32,000 nucleotides of DNA from Pyrodictium abyssi (GCF_036323395.1 NZ_AP028907.1:1410001-1442000), one strand, 5' to 3'; positions 17,689-27,598 are shown, numbered from the stretch's first letter. Translations and numbers: made by a program. Notes: a model not told the origin generated them from the sequence alone.

Positions 17689-18987
17689 CTACCTCGGCCT
17701 TAGTCCTGCGATAAAGAAGCCCTGTGTGCCGTGTACGTGTGGTAGTAGTCTACGTACGCGTTCACGGAACGTGTACGGCTTGTAGCCTGGCGATCCGGGT
17801 ATCCTCGGGTCTTCCAGCTCTAGCTTACTGTAGAGTTCAGATATGTGTTCTTCTCCCTCGAATGGAAGTATACTGCACACCGCGTATACTATGTAGCTGC
17901 TTCTGTACGCTAGTGCTTTTCCTAGCATTTCGCGCTGCAGCGCGGGGAACCGGCGGACCCATGCGGGGTCTTCTAGATGCATCTTTATCGCCGGATCCTT
18001 GCCCATGGCCCCGCTGCTGGTACACGGTGCGTCAAGCATCACCTTGTCCGGGGTCACCCGTAGCTGCAGCTCACGGGAATCCGCGTGGACTAGCTCTACG
18101 CGGCTCATGTCTACGCCGTAGAGCTTGAGGAGGCGTTTTGTGCGCTTTAGCCGCTCCCAGGAGACGTCTACGGCTACTATTCTGGCTCTGTTATCGGTTA
18201 GCTGCATTATTAGCGCGTCCTTTACGCCTGGAGCTGCTGCCAGGTCAAGTATAGTGTCGCCGGGCTCTGGATGGAGCGCCTCCACGACGAGCGCTGAGGC
18301 CTTGTCCTGGAAGACTATCTCGCCCCGCCACATCTCGTCTAGATGGTGTAGGGGCTCGCTGAAGTCCACTACCTCTAGCATGTAGGGGAGGTCTGGATCG
18401 CGGCGGACCACTACGCCTTTCTCTAGGAGCCGCTCCGCCACCGTGTCCACGTCAGTCTTTAGCGTGTTTACGCGTATCCACCATTTCTCCTCGTTGAGTG
18501 CTGCCAGCAGCTTCTCTGTCTCATGACGCCCAAGCAGCTCTAGGAATACCTCGACGAACCACTGTGGAAACGAGTAGGTTACTGAGAGCCTTTCCGCCGT
18601 ATCCTCAACACCGTCTAGCAGCTCTTCTACCGTCTCTATGCGGCGCGGCAGGCTCTTCACAAGCTTACGCCTCAGGCGCTCAACACTGTCGATGTACTGC
18701 GCTAGGTGCTCGGATTCGAGGCCCCTCAGCAGGAGCCAGAGCCTGGCCATACGCCGGGCACTCCCGCGGCTCCCATAGATCCTTTGCTCGGCGTAACGGA
18801 GCAGATAGTAGTCCGACACAATGTCGTGCGAGACCCTATAGAGCACCTTAAGCGGCACGTAGCGTGCAGCCTTCTTGTACTCGCGCAGAGCGGCCTGGAA
18901 CGCCCTGTCATGACTAACGTGCTTCGTCATTACTATGTGGAGCACTTTCGCGCTAAAGTCTATGAGGCTTCTAGCAACCTTGTCCAT
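17689..18987 (-). CDS. NOL1/NOP2/Sun (RsmB/RsmF-like) RNA m5C methyltransferase
   Basis: WWIRVNTLKTD, DTILDLAAAPGVKDALI, DAPCTSSGAMGKDP, YAVCSILPFEGEE (two catalytic Cys motifs); N-terminal NusB-like helical region. Confidence 0.9.
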   Translation of the reverse strand: MDKVARSLIDFSAKVLHIVMTKHVSHDRAFQAALREYKKAARYVPLKVLYRVSHDIVSDYYLLRYAEQRIYGSRGSARRMARLWLLLRGLESEHLAQYIDSVERLRRKLVKSLPRRIETVEELLDGVEDTAERLSVTYSFPQWFVEVFLELLGRHETEKLLAALNEEKWWIRVNTLKTDVDTVAERLLEKGVVVRRDPDLPYMLEVVDFSEPLHHLDEMWRGEIVFQDKASALVVEALHPEPGDTILDLAAAPGVKDALIMQLTDNRARIVAVDVSWERLKRTKRLLKLYGVDMSRVELVHADSRELQLRVTPDKVMLDAPCTSSGAMGKDPAIKMHLEDPAWVRRFPALQREMLGKALAYRSSYIVYAVCSILPFEGEEHISELYSKLELEDPRIPGSPGYKPYTFRERVRRLLPHVHGTQGFFIAGLRPR

Positions 18988-19250
18988 TGATACGCGCTAC
19001 ACCTCCGCCCTGGTACACCCGGCTCCGGACGGACTAGCAGGGGACCCCTGCAGGAAACCTCTGCGATGCGGGCTAATCTGGCTCCCACCAGCCTACGGTA
19101 ATTAAAAGGGCTGGTCAGCGTATCGGGCTCTACTCGGTCGTGATGATAGGTGGGCTTACCAGAGCCCTTCGCCAGGCCAAGGGGCTGTGAAGAGTGTGGC
19201 CGTATCTGAGCCAGAGCAAGCACCACTTCCCACGCGGCTGCTCCTGCCAG

Positions 19251-20009
19251 CTATCGCTTCCCATTGACGTGTCCTCTGCTTCCGGGAAGGAAGTCTAGGA
19301 GTGTCCTCTGCCGGGGGTTCTTGGGCTTGCTTTCGGTGTTCTTCGCCCTGTACCACCTGGGGGCAATCCGCTTCAGTGTTAACCAAGAGCGCCTCACGAA
19401 CCATGGAGGCGTGTCCGGTGAGCGGCGATACGCCTCTCTAATCCATTCAAGCGTGCCTGGGTCGGTTGGATACCCGGAGCCGCGAACACCGTAGGCTTTC
19501 CGCAGCTTCTCTATTTCCTCGTCGCGCACGACCTTGGCTATGATACTGGCCGCTGATACTGGTATGTACCGCGTATCGGCTTTCGGCTCGGCTACTACTG
19601 CTCCTCTGAGGCCTGTTAGCCGCTTTACCCCGGCGGCCATCTTCTTAGCCGGGCCCACAGCGTCCATATAGACGGCTTCTGGCTCGCCGTAGAGGCTCTT
19701 TACACGCTGTACTATGTACGCTATTGTTTCTATCTCGAGTTTGTTTAGGTTCACAGCGTCTATGAGTGCTGGCGGCACCTTGACTATTACTGCGTGCTTT
19801 ACGAGCCTCATTATCTCATGGAACAGCTCTCTGCGCTGGCTCGGCGTTAGGTCCTTGCTATCGCGTACGCCTAGCTCTGCAAGCTCCTTTGCAGCCTTGG
19901 GCTCGATAGCTACTCCTGCTATTACCATTGGGCCTATTATTGGGCCTCGTCCCGCCTCGTCTATCCCTACTAATAATCCTCGCCGGGGCTGGGACACTGC
20001 TGATAGCAC
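19251..20009 (-). CDS. rnhB: ribonuclease HII
   Basis: LLVGIDEAGRGPIIGPMVIAGVAI, GVRDSKDLTPSQR, AASIIAKVVRDEEI, GSGYPTDPGT; C-terminal PIP-box-like QRTLLDFL. Confidence 0.95.
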   Translation of the reverse strand: MLSAVSQPRRGLLVGIDEAGRGPIIGPMVIAGVAIEPKAAKELAELGVRDSKDLTPSQRRELFHEIMRLVKHAVIVKVPPALIDAVNLNKLEIETIAYIVQRVKSLYGEPEAVYMDAVGPAKKMAAGVKRLTGLRGAVVAEPKADTRYIPVSAASIIAKVVRDEEIEKLRKAYGVRGSGYPTDPGTLEWIREAYRRSPDTPPWFVRRSWLTLKRIAPRWYRAKNTESKPKNPRQRTLLDFLPGSRGHVNGKR

Positions 20010-20035
20010 CCTAGCGTGCTATGTGCCGTCCCCTG

Positions 20036-20896
20036 CTACGGGCCGCACTCGTAGCCATAGTTGTTGCCGTATGCTATGCAAGCCGCCTCTTCGGGGTCTA
20101 CAAGGCTTATGCCTGCCAGCCTGTAGCCGCGTAGCATGAGTGCTCGCCTAATGGGCTCTTCCGAGTTCCTTGCCTCAGGCCAGCACTCGTCATCGCGTAG
20201 TAGAAGCCTACATCCAAGGAGTACCTCCGCGTCACCATCCTCGCTGACTATAGCTATTGTTCTGACTGCGCCCGTCTTCATATGGTCTAGGCTCTCCGCA
20301 GCCTCGACCAGGCTCATGCAATGGTCCCGGGGGGTAGAATGCATGCCAGAGGCTACATAGCTGTATAGCTCTCTGATGCAGGTGTTCTCTAGGCCCAGCT
20401 GGACTGCGAGATCTATAGCGTGCTCCAAGACTGATGCCGCGTAGGCGTCCCCTCCGGTGAACGCGTCACCGATGCGGCCCGCCGACTCTTTGTCTAGGTC
20501 TATCCCGGCCTCGCTCATCTTGGCTAGGTGTACGAGAGACCGTAGGTGAAGCGGGCTTTGTAGACGACTAGCTACCTTCGCTAGGTCTTCTACACGCCAT
20601 GTACCCTCGACTATTCTATAGGCTCCTTCGAGCAACGCCTCTCCGCCATACCCCTCTACGAGGACGCTGCGCTCCCTGGCGTGGTTCCGGATCCACGCTA
20701 CTATGCCTAGCAGCGAGAATAGGGTCGGCGCGTCATTCGGCATTAGCGGGTATACTTCGACGTGCTGGACGCCGAGAACCTGGTATGCTTCTTTCCGGCT
20801 GAGGACATCCACCGTCGGCGCGACTATTAGCACTACGTCGTATACAGCTGCTCTTCTCGATACCTTGTCTCCTATCGGCCTAAAGTCTACCGGCAT
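20036..20896 (-). CDS. hypothetical protein with degenerate dual-specificity-phosphatase-like N-terminal region
   Basis: VVLIVAPTVDVLSRKEAYQVLGVQHVEVYPLMPNDAPTLFSLLGIVAWIRNHARERSVLVEGYGGEALLEGAY follows a PTP/DSP layout without the Cys/Arg. Confidence 0.5.
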   Translation of the reverse strand: MPVDFRPIGDKVSRRAAVYDVVLIVAPTVDVLSRKEAYQVLGVQHVEVYPLMPNDAPTLFSLLGIVAWIRNHARERSVLVEGYGGEALLEGAYRIVEGTWRVEDLAKVASRLQSPLHLRSLVHLAKMSEAGIDLDKESAGRIGDAFTGGDAYAASVLEHAIDLAVQLGLENTCIRELYSYVASGMHSTPRDHCMSLVEAAESLDHMKTGAVRTIAIVSEDGDAEVLLGCRLLLRDDECWPEARNSEEPIRRALMLRGYRLAGISLVDPEEAACIAYGNNYGYECGP

Positions 20897-21054
20897 AGCG
20901 CGGCGCCGCTCCCCCTTGCCGCCGGCTCGGCTACTGTTATGGAGGCTCAGCCTAGTATGCGGTCTGCATCAACAATGACGGGGATTGCGAGAAGGGTCTA
21001 CGCTCCCGGATTCCACATCATAGCCTCCACGGGTCTAGGCTAGTATAGAGGGGT

Positions 21055-22989
21055 TTATTCGGATTCACTGCCCTGCTGCACCCTTACTCTGATTACGCCG
21101 GGGGTTTCTCCTTTTGGCTGTTCAAGCTTTTCTAGCAGTGCTGGGAACACCGAGCCTACTATGTCGTTGAGGGTTATCACGCCCTTGTATCTGTACAGAG
21201 CGTCAACTACTATAACGTAGTCCGTACCATATATTATCATTTGTTCTAGAGCTCTTGATACGCAATCGCCAACTCTAACTAGTGGTGCCTGGGACAGCGA
21301 TACCTCTGCCACCGGTTCGTCCGAGCGCAGCGCGTACCTGAGGTCGAGGCCAGCGTATCCCGGGTCTAGCACCCCAACAACGCGTCCCGCCTCATCGACT
21401 ATCGGGACTATATGCTGCTTGTTAGCTATCATGCGGCGCACTACTTCGCGTAGGGTCTCATTCCAGCTGGCCGTTATGTATCTCTTGCTTGCAAGCTTTT
21501 CTACACGTATGCAGATGCCCTGCTCACGTATTATCTGCAGGAGCGACTCGGCTGTGAATAGGCTCGGCGGTATAGACTGGGGTAGCTGCGACTCTACGAT
21601 GCTTATGCCTCGTGTAGCGAGCGAAGCTGTGAGAGAAGCTACTAGCGCTGGCACGATGAGCACTGGTGTACCGCCTATCTCTGCTACTAGGAAGGCAAGG
21701 CCTACTGGAACCTTAGAGGCTGCCCCGAAGAGGGCGGCCATGCCTAGGTAGGCGTATAGTGCTGGCTTTACATCTGTGTAGCCTGCTACAAGTAGCCCGA
21801 ATAGCTCGCCGAGCATGGCTCCTGCGAAGAGCCCGGGCGCTAGCAGGCCACCACTGCCTCCGCTTCCGACAGTGAGCGCCGTCGCAATTATCTTGAGCAA
21901 TGCCAGCATGAATAGGGACGCAAGCATGCCTATATCTAGTCCGCCAAGCGAAGTAGCTACTATTCCTAGTCTCTGCTCCTGAAAGGCCTCCAGCATCCTA
22001 GCAAGGAGTTCCTCCCCCGTGCCAAGTATATGCGGTACAAACACGCCTATGACGCCTACAATTGCGGCTCCTATCACGGGCTTCACGAATATACTAATCC
22101 TCTTCCTCTCCACTAGCTCGTTTAGGCTCTCCTTTATCCTCTGGTACACGTATGTGTAGAGGTATGCAAACGGCGCTATGAATAGCCCTAGTAGTATATA
22201 AGAAGCCATAGCGTCGAAGCCGTAGACATCCAGCATATCGCCTACATTTATCGATGGAAGCTTGTATTCTGGGCCGAGTATGTGTAGTGAAAAGCTGTAT
22301 GCTATTACCGAGGCGAAGAGGGCTGGCACCAGTGCAGCCGTCTCCATATCTCTTTCGTAGAGCACCTCTATAGCGAATAGTGCTGCACCTACTGGGCTCT
22401 GGAATATGAAGGAAAGCGCGCCTGCAACACCAGCTATGAGCGCTATTTTTCTTTCCTCGACGCTCAGACGCAGCACATTTGATATGAACGAGCCGGATGC
22501 TCCCCCTATCTGTACGGCTGGCCCCTCGGGTCCACCGCTGCCCCCGCCTCCCAAGAGTAGCGCCGAGGCAACAGCCTTCACCAGGGCCACTCTCGACCTA
22601 ACATTGCCTGCCTCGTGGTGGTAGGCATCAACTATAGCATCTGTCCCGCCGCCCTCTGCTTCAGGAGCCCATCTGTACACTATTATGCTGGCTAGAGCCG
22701 CGCCCAGAACCACCGTGAGAGGTACTAGGAACCTGTTATGCCCCTCCAGGGCTATTATCGAGTAGTCAGATACTCCATGCAGTGCGAGCGACGGCTCTAG
22801 GCCGTGGATATACGCCATTATGGCTGTGACAAGCCTCAACATGACGTAGAAGACGCCTATAGCGAGAGAAGAGACTATGGCAGTAACCGTGCTTATGACT
22901 AGCCATCGCTCTACGTAGCCTAGCTGCTCGTTTACGGCCTCAATTATCCTACTCAGCCTCTCTGGCACCCATACGCCCGACTTCATCAC
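21055..22989 (-). CDS. ClC-family chloride channel/transporter with C-terminal CBS domains
   Basis: GGSGGPEGPAVQIGG, GVAGALSFIFQSPVGAALFAIE, GSGGSGGLLAPGLFAGAMLGE, multiple TM helices, C-terminal CBS pair. Confidence 0.95.
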   Translation of the reverse strand: MMKSGVWVPERLSRIIEAVNEQLGYVERWLVISTVTAIVSSLAIGVFYVMLRLVTAIMAYIHGLEPSLALHGVSDYSIIALEGHNRFLVPLTVVLGAALASIIVYRWAPEAEGGGTDAIVDAYHHEAGNVRSRVALVKAVASALLLGGGGSGGPEGPAVQIGGASGSFISNVLRLSVEERKIALIAGVAGALSFIFQSPVGAALFAIEVLYERDMETAALVPALFASVIAYSFSLHILGPEYKLPSINVGDMLDVYGFDAMASYILLGLFIAPFAYLYTYVYQRIKESLNELVERKRISIFVKPVIGAAIVGVIGVFVPHILGTGEELLARMLEAFQEQRLGIVATSLGGLDIGMLASLFMLALLKIIATALTVGSGGSGGLLAPGLFAGAMLGELFGLLVAGYTDVKPALYAYLGMAALFGAASKVPVGLAFLVAEIGGTPVLIVPALVASLTASLATRGISIVESQLPQSIPPSLFTAESLLQIIREQGICIRVEKLASKRYITASWNETLREVVRRMIANKQHIVPIVDEAGRVVGVLDPGYAGLDLRYALRSDEPVAEVSLSQAPLVRVGDCVSRALEQMIIYGTDYVIVVDALYRYKGVITLNDIVGSVFPALLEKLEQPKGETPGVIRVRVQQGSESE

Positions 22990-23121
22990 TTTCTACCCTT
23001 TCATCAGCGCCGAGACGTAGAGCTCCCCTAGCCCCTCATCAGGGTGTGCCGCTGAGTTGAATAAGAGGAGTATCCCTGGTACCCCTGTCGCCTGGGGATA
23101 GATTACCGGGGTGAGCAGGCT

Positions 23122-23703
23122 GTGTCGGCCACACCTGTAGTGGATATAGCTAGGCTAATAGAGGCTGGCGTCGAAGAGGCGCGCAAGGCTGTAGAGGCTG
23201 GTAGGTTCCACGTCAAGGTATATGCTCTTCCAAGGCCAAGACTCCGCATCAGGAGCCCCAAGAAGAAGATCATAGACGTGGACGAGGGCAAGCTCGCTAG
23301 GCTAGAGTATGCGCTTATACGCTCGCTACTAGCCGCCAAGTCTAGGAACTCTAAGCCAACCTTCAAGGAGTTCGCCGAGCTAGCTGGCGACTACAAGGCT
23401 GCTGCAGCTTATATAGCCGCGCTATGGCGTAGCGGGCTTGTCGAGTTCGACGACACGGCCAAGGCTGTTGACATATACTCCGCGGCTATGTCTCTGAGCC
23501 AGAAGGGCTACGAGAGGAAGATAGCACGCGCGCTAGACGCCACGTTTACGCTAATGGCCGAGAAGCTGGCAGAGCTGCCTGCCGACCAGCTGCTATGTGT
23601 CCAGAAGGAGGGCCGAATATACTGCCGCTACACAGTGACTAACACTGCTAGGAGTCAGGCCAAGGCCCAAGTAAAGGCGCTCAACGATACAATAGCCGGC
23701 TAA
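23122..23703 (+). CDS. hypothetical protein
   Basis: 193-aa uninterrupted ORF with helical, lysine-rich, hyperthermophile-like composition. Confidence 0.6.
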   Translation: MSATPVVDIARLIEAGVEEARKAVEAGRFHVKVYALPRPRLRIRSPKKKIIDVDEGKLARLEYALIRSLLAAKSRNSKPTFKEFAELAGDYKAAAAYIAALWRSGLVEFDDTAKAVDIYSAAMSLSQKGYERKIARALDATFTLMAEKLAELPADQLLCVQKEGRIYCRYTVTNTARSQAKAQVKALNDTIAG

Positions 23704-23900
23704 CACCCAGTTTTACCCCCTCCTTCTCTCCCGGCTCCAGGTCGCCGAGCAAACACGGTTTCTATGCCTCATAACCCCAGTATACCTCCGTGCAGCAGTT
23801 GGGATGCCCGGCCCCTTGTCACGATAGTTGCGTGTCCAATCTTGGCAGACTACTTAATGCCCAGAGCCAGGCCAGGCTGGTACTACGGGTAAGGCGTGCT

Positions 23901-24566
23901 ATGGCGCTGAAGCTGAGATGGTGGCTGCATGCCTGCTTCGAGATAGAGGCGGCTGGCAAGAAGCTGGTAATAGACCCTCACGACGGGGGTAGCCTGGGTG
24001 TCGGCTTCACGGCGCCCAGAGTGACAGCAGACTACGTCCTGGTTACACACGAGCACTACGACCACAACGCTGTAGAGAAGGTATCCAACGAAAGCACCAT
24101 CGTTGTACGGGAGAGGACCGGGGAGTTCGAGCTAGGGCCATTCAGGGTTAAGGGCGTCAGGCTCCCCCATGACGAGTTCGGGGGGCGCATCCGGGGATTC
24201 GTCACCGCATACCGTGTAGAGGCGGAGGGCATCAGCATAGTACATCTAAGCGATTTGGGCCGCATGCTCGAAGAGGAGGAGGTTAACGAAATAGGTAGAG
24301 TAGATGTTGCACTAGTGCCTGCTGGCGGTGTCTATACTCTACATCCACGCCAGGCACTGGATGTTGCTGAGGCGCTCAGCGCGCGGATAGTGATACCCAT
24401 GCATTATTGGCTTCCCGGCATGCAGCTCCCCTTAGAACCCCTTGACACTCTTCTACGCTATGCTAAGAAGTGGCGTGTGGTACGCCTAGACTCTAACACT
24501 GTCGAGCTGTCGCGGGAGGATATACCGGAGGAGAAGACTATAGCCGTCCTCGCGCCGCCTAGCTAG
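23901..24566 (+). CDS. metallo-beta-lactamase-fold hydrolase (UlaG-like)
   Basis: RWWLHACFEIEAAGKKLVIDPH, VLVTHEHYDHNAVEK, VHLSDLG, DVALVPAGGVYTLHP, VIPMHYW; start reassigned to the internal ATG at 23901. Confidence 0.9.
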   Translation: MALKLRWWLHACFEIEAAGKKLVIDPHDGGSLGVGFTAPRVTADYVLVTHEHYDHNAVEKVSNESTIVVRERTGEFELGPFRVKGVRLPHDEFGGRIRGFVTAYRVEAEGISIVHLSDLGRMLEEEEVNEIGRVDVALVPAGGVYTLHPRQALDVAEALSARIVIPMHYWLPGMQLPLEPLDTLLRYAKKWRVVRLDSNTVELSREDIPEEKTIAVLAPPS

Positions 24567-24590
24567 GTCTTTGGAGCGAGGCTGGGTCTT

Positions 24591-25358
24591 TTGCAGCTGC
24601 ATGGCCGCTGCAGCGGCGACGTGCTCGTGGCGGAGGGGCTTGTAAAGAAGTTCAAGAGGGGCCCCATGATAGGCCCCGTTTCGCTGCGTATAGGCCCGGG
24701 CTCTGTCTACGCCCTTATAGGGCCTAATGGCGCGGGGAAGACGACGACTATACGCATGATACTGGGGATATATAGACCTGATGCCGGCTATGTGAAGATA
24801 TGTGGCGTTGACCCCTACACCGGCCGAGGGGCTCATGGCCTAGCCGCGTACGTGCCCGAGGAGACTGCTGTCTACCCACGGCTTACAGGCTACGAGCATC
24901 TATGGTTCTACGCAGGCCTCTATACCGGAGACCCGGGTGAGACTAAGCGCATCGTTGAGCGGGCCGCGGCGCTATCGGAGCTTGGCGAAGCGCTTACGAG
25001 GCCAGTTGAGAGCTACAGCAAGGGCATGAAGAGGAAGCTGTTACTAGCTCTAGCCCTTGCTCTTAACACCCCGCTCCTGGTCCTCGACGAGCCCACCTCA
25101 GGGCTAGACGTCTACAGTGCTGTCCGTATACGCCAGCTTATAAGACGCGCAGCCGAGGAGGGGCGCGCTGTCCTGGTTACTAGCCATAACATGCTCGAGG
25201 TTGAGAGGATAGCCGATAGAGTGGCCTTCATAGCCAAGGGTAGAATTGTTGACGAGGGACGGCCGGACGAGCTAATACAGAAGTATGGTGCTAGAGACCT
25301 AGAGGAGGCTTTTGTTAAGGCTGTTCCACGGCAGCGGCAGGGAGCAGGCAAGGGCTAG
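24591..25358 (+). CDS. ABC transporter ATP-binding protein
   Basis: Walker A GPNGAGKTTTI, signature SYSKGMKRKLLLALAL, Walker B LLVLDEPTSGLD; true start may be downstream of 24591. Confidence 0.95.
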   Translation: MQLHGRCSGDVLVAEGLVKKFKRGPMIGPVSLRIGPGSVYALIGPNGAGKTTTIRMILGIYRPDAGYVKICGVDPYTGRGAHGLAAYVPEETAVYPRLTGYEHLWFYAGLYTGDPGETKRIVERAAALSELGEALTRPVESYSKGMKRKLLLALALALNTPLLVLDEPTSGLDVYSAVRIRQLIRRAAEEGRAVLVTSHNMLEVERIADRVAFIAKGRIVDEGRPDELIQKYGARDLEEAFVKAVPRQRQGAGKG

Positions 25359-25372
25359 AGGAGGCGCTGAGT

Positions 25373-26587
25373 ATGCCTGGTTTTCCGCTTGGTTACCGCC
25401 TGGCGGTGCTCGTTAAGAAGGAGGCTCTAGAGCTACTACGCGACCGCCGCAGCCTAGCGTTAATGGTAATATCGGCGTTCCTGTTCCCTCTCCTAGGGCT
25501 TCTCGTAACTGGGCTCAAGACTCAGCAAGCTGCGCTAGTAGCCATAGTTGTATGCGACAAGGGCACGCCCGCTAGGGAGCTGGCCTCTAGGCTCTATAGC
25601 GCTTTCAACGAGAGCCCGGGGTTCAACGCTGTACTAGAGCACGGGCCCGGCTGCACCCCGCCAGAACAAGCAGTGGCCGCTATACTTATCCCGGACGGGT
25701 TTAGCAGGAACGCTACCAGTGTTGACGCGCCCGTTATCGTGAAGATCTACGGGGTTGTGGGGAATCCTGCAGCTGACGAGGCTGTACAGCTGGCGTATAG
25801 CGTTATGAGCGGGTTCTCCCAGGACATTGCCCTGCAGCGGGTTAAAACCCTAGCAAGCCTGGCGGGTAGGCACGTCGAAGCCGAGTATGTGCTCCACCCT
25901 CTGAGGGTTGTTTCCGAGACCGTGACGGAGACTGGGCAGCGTGCTACACCGGAGCTAGAGGAGCGGGCAACAGTTGCGAGGTTTCTAGCATTCTCTGTGT
26001 TCTTCATACTCAATCCTGCGGCCATAGCTGTTGCCGACTCTATAACCCGGGAGCGTGTACGCGGCACCGGCGAGCTGCTCGTGATAACACCGCTCACGGG
26101 CACCGAGCTTGTACTCGGCAAAACCCTGGGCTCAATGACCGCGGCGCTTATAGCTGGTGGGCTGGACACTATAGCTGTTGTAGCCTATGTTGAGACTGTC
26201 TCAGCAGCCGTCGGCCCTAGTCTTATAGTCTTCCACGCAGTGCAAGTAGCTCTGGCGGTAATGGTTACAGCCACCACGACAATGCTAGTCACCATGCTTG
26301 TTCCGGGACAGAGAGCCGCCACGCTGACAGCGAGCATCGTGACCGGGGCTGCTGTCATGGTGTTCTTCTCTATCCTGTTTGTGGACCTAAACACGTTGCC
26401 AACTTGGATTAGGCTGTTACTCTATGCCATACCGTACACGCATACGGCACAAGCCATCGAGAGCTATGCGCTAGGCGATACCGGGGCTGCCCTCGCGCAT
26501 ACTCTAGTGGTAGTCGTGTTAGCTTTGGCCTCCGTAGCTGTTACGGCGCGCCTATACAAGCCGGAAAGACTGGTAAAACAAGACTAA
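25373..26587 (+). CDS. ABC-2 type transporter permease (NatB-like)
   Basis: Follows the ATPase gene; RLAVLVKKEALELLRDRRSLALMVISAFLFPLLG, ADSITRERVRGTGELLVITPLTGTELVLGKTLG, six-TM layout. Confidence 0.9.
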   Translation: MPGFPLGYRLAVLVKKEALELLRDRRSLALMVISAFLFPLLGLLVTGLKTQQAALVAIVVCDKGTPARELASRLYSAFNESPGFNAVLEHGPGCTPPEQAVAAILIPDGFSRNATSVDAPVIVKIYGVVGNPAADEAVQLAYSVMSGFSQDIALQRVKTLASLAGRHVEAEYVLHPLRVVSETVTETGQRATPELEERATVARFLAFSVFFILNPAAIAVADSITRERVRGTGELLVITPLTGTELVLGKTLGSMTAALIAGGLDTIAVVAYVETVSAAVGPSLIVFHAVQVALAVMVTATTTMLVTMLVPGQRAATLTASIVTGAAVMVFFSILFVDLNTLPTWIRLLLYAIPYTHTAQAIESYALGDTGAALAHTLVVVVLALASVAVTARLYKPERLVKQD

Positions 26588-26740
26588 GGGCATAGCGCAG
26601 CCGTTTATACGGGATGATGCAGTGCGCCAGTCTAGGCCCTCTAGATGAACCCCCGGTGACCGGCCGCCGCTACTCTATAGCGGCGGCGCCGGGATGAGCG
26701 AGGAGGCCGTGCTGACCTTCCAGAGCCGGCTGCGCTGGCG

Positions 26741-27598
26741 CTAGGACACGCCTATGACTATGGCCTGCATCCACTTGGCTCCAAGCATTCTCCTGGTTGT
26801 CCTGTACCCTTGGTCGCGCAGGAGAGCCTCTATGCCGGCAGGGTCTGTGAAGGGCGGATGAACCTCTACTATTATCTGCCTAACTGTGCTGGGTGCCAGT
26901 ACACCGTCTTCCGCGGCGTGTTCTAGGACTTCCCATTCTGCCCCCTCTATGTCGAGCTTAAGGAGGTCTACGAAGCCGACACTATGGTCCGCGAGTAGTT
27001 TCTTTAAGCTTATAGCAGGAATAGATAGCGTTTTCACCAGTTCATTCCCCATCATATCCACGTAACGTGGCTGCGTAGTAGTGTTAACCCATGGCTCGGT
27101 TACGTATATCTTCCGAATACAGTACCCGCAGCCACCTAGTGCCCGTGGGTCTACACGCGCCACGTTCTCAAGCATATTCAGCTCCAGGTTCCTGTATAGT
27201 ACTCTCCTTGCAAGAGGGTTTGGCTCAACAGCTATAACTAGCCCGTCACGCTGCATAGCAAGAGCCGCTCTCACCGTAAAGAAGCCGAGGTAGGCCCCTC
27301 CATCGACCACTGTGTTGCCCGGCTCGAGTCTGACAAGTGAGCCCACTTGGTAGTCGTTAATACAGTAGATGTGTAGTAGATTAGCCCACGCCTCTGGCAG
27401 CTGGCTACACGGCACCATAAAGGTTGCTTCTCCGAGCTTTACCTCCAGCTCACCCTTGCATCCATTGATAGTAGCGTCGAGAAGCTGCTCCACTATCTCG
27501 TCTTCTATGCAGCCTCTGGACGAGGCCACCAGCCACGCAAGGTGCTCTTCGTCTCTCGGCTCGGCGGCACCTTTTTCACGCAATGCCTCCTGGCCCAA
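26741..27598 (-). CDS. FkbM-family SAM-dependent methyltransferase
   Basis: GNTVVDGGAYLGFFTVRAALAMQRDGLVIAVEPNPLARRVLYRNLELN, VDLLKLDIEGAEWEVLEH. Confidence 0.88.
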   Translation of the reverse strand: MGQEALREKGAAEPRDEEHLAWLVASSRGCIEDEIVEQLLDATINGCKGELEVKLGEATFMVPCSQLPEAWANLLHIYCINDYQVGSLVRLEPGNTVVDGGAYLGFFTVRAALAMQRDGLVIAVEPNPLARRVLYRNLELNMLENVARVDPRALGGCGYCIRKIYVTEPWVNTTTQPRYVDMMGNELVKTLSIPAISLKKLLADHSVGFVDLLKLDIEGAEWEVLEHAAEDGVLAPSTVRQIIVEVHPPFTDPAGIEALLRDQGYRTTRRMLGAKWMQAIVIGVS

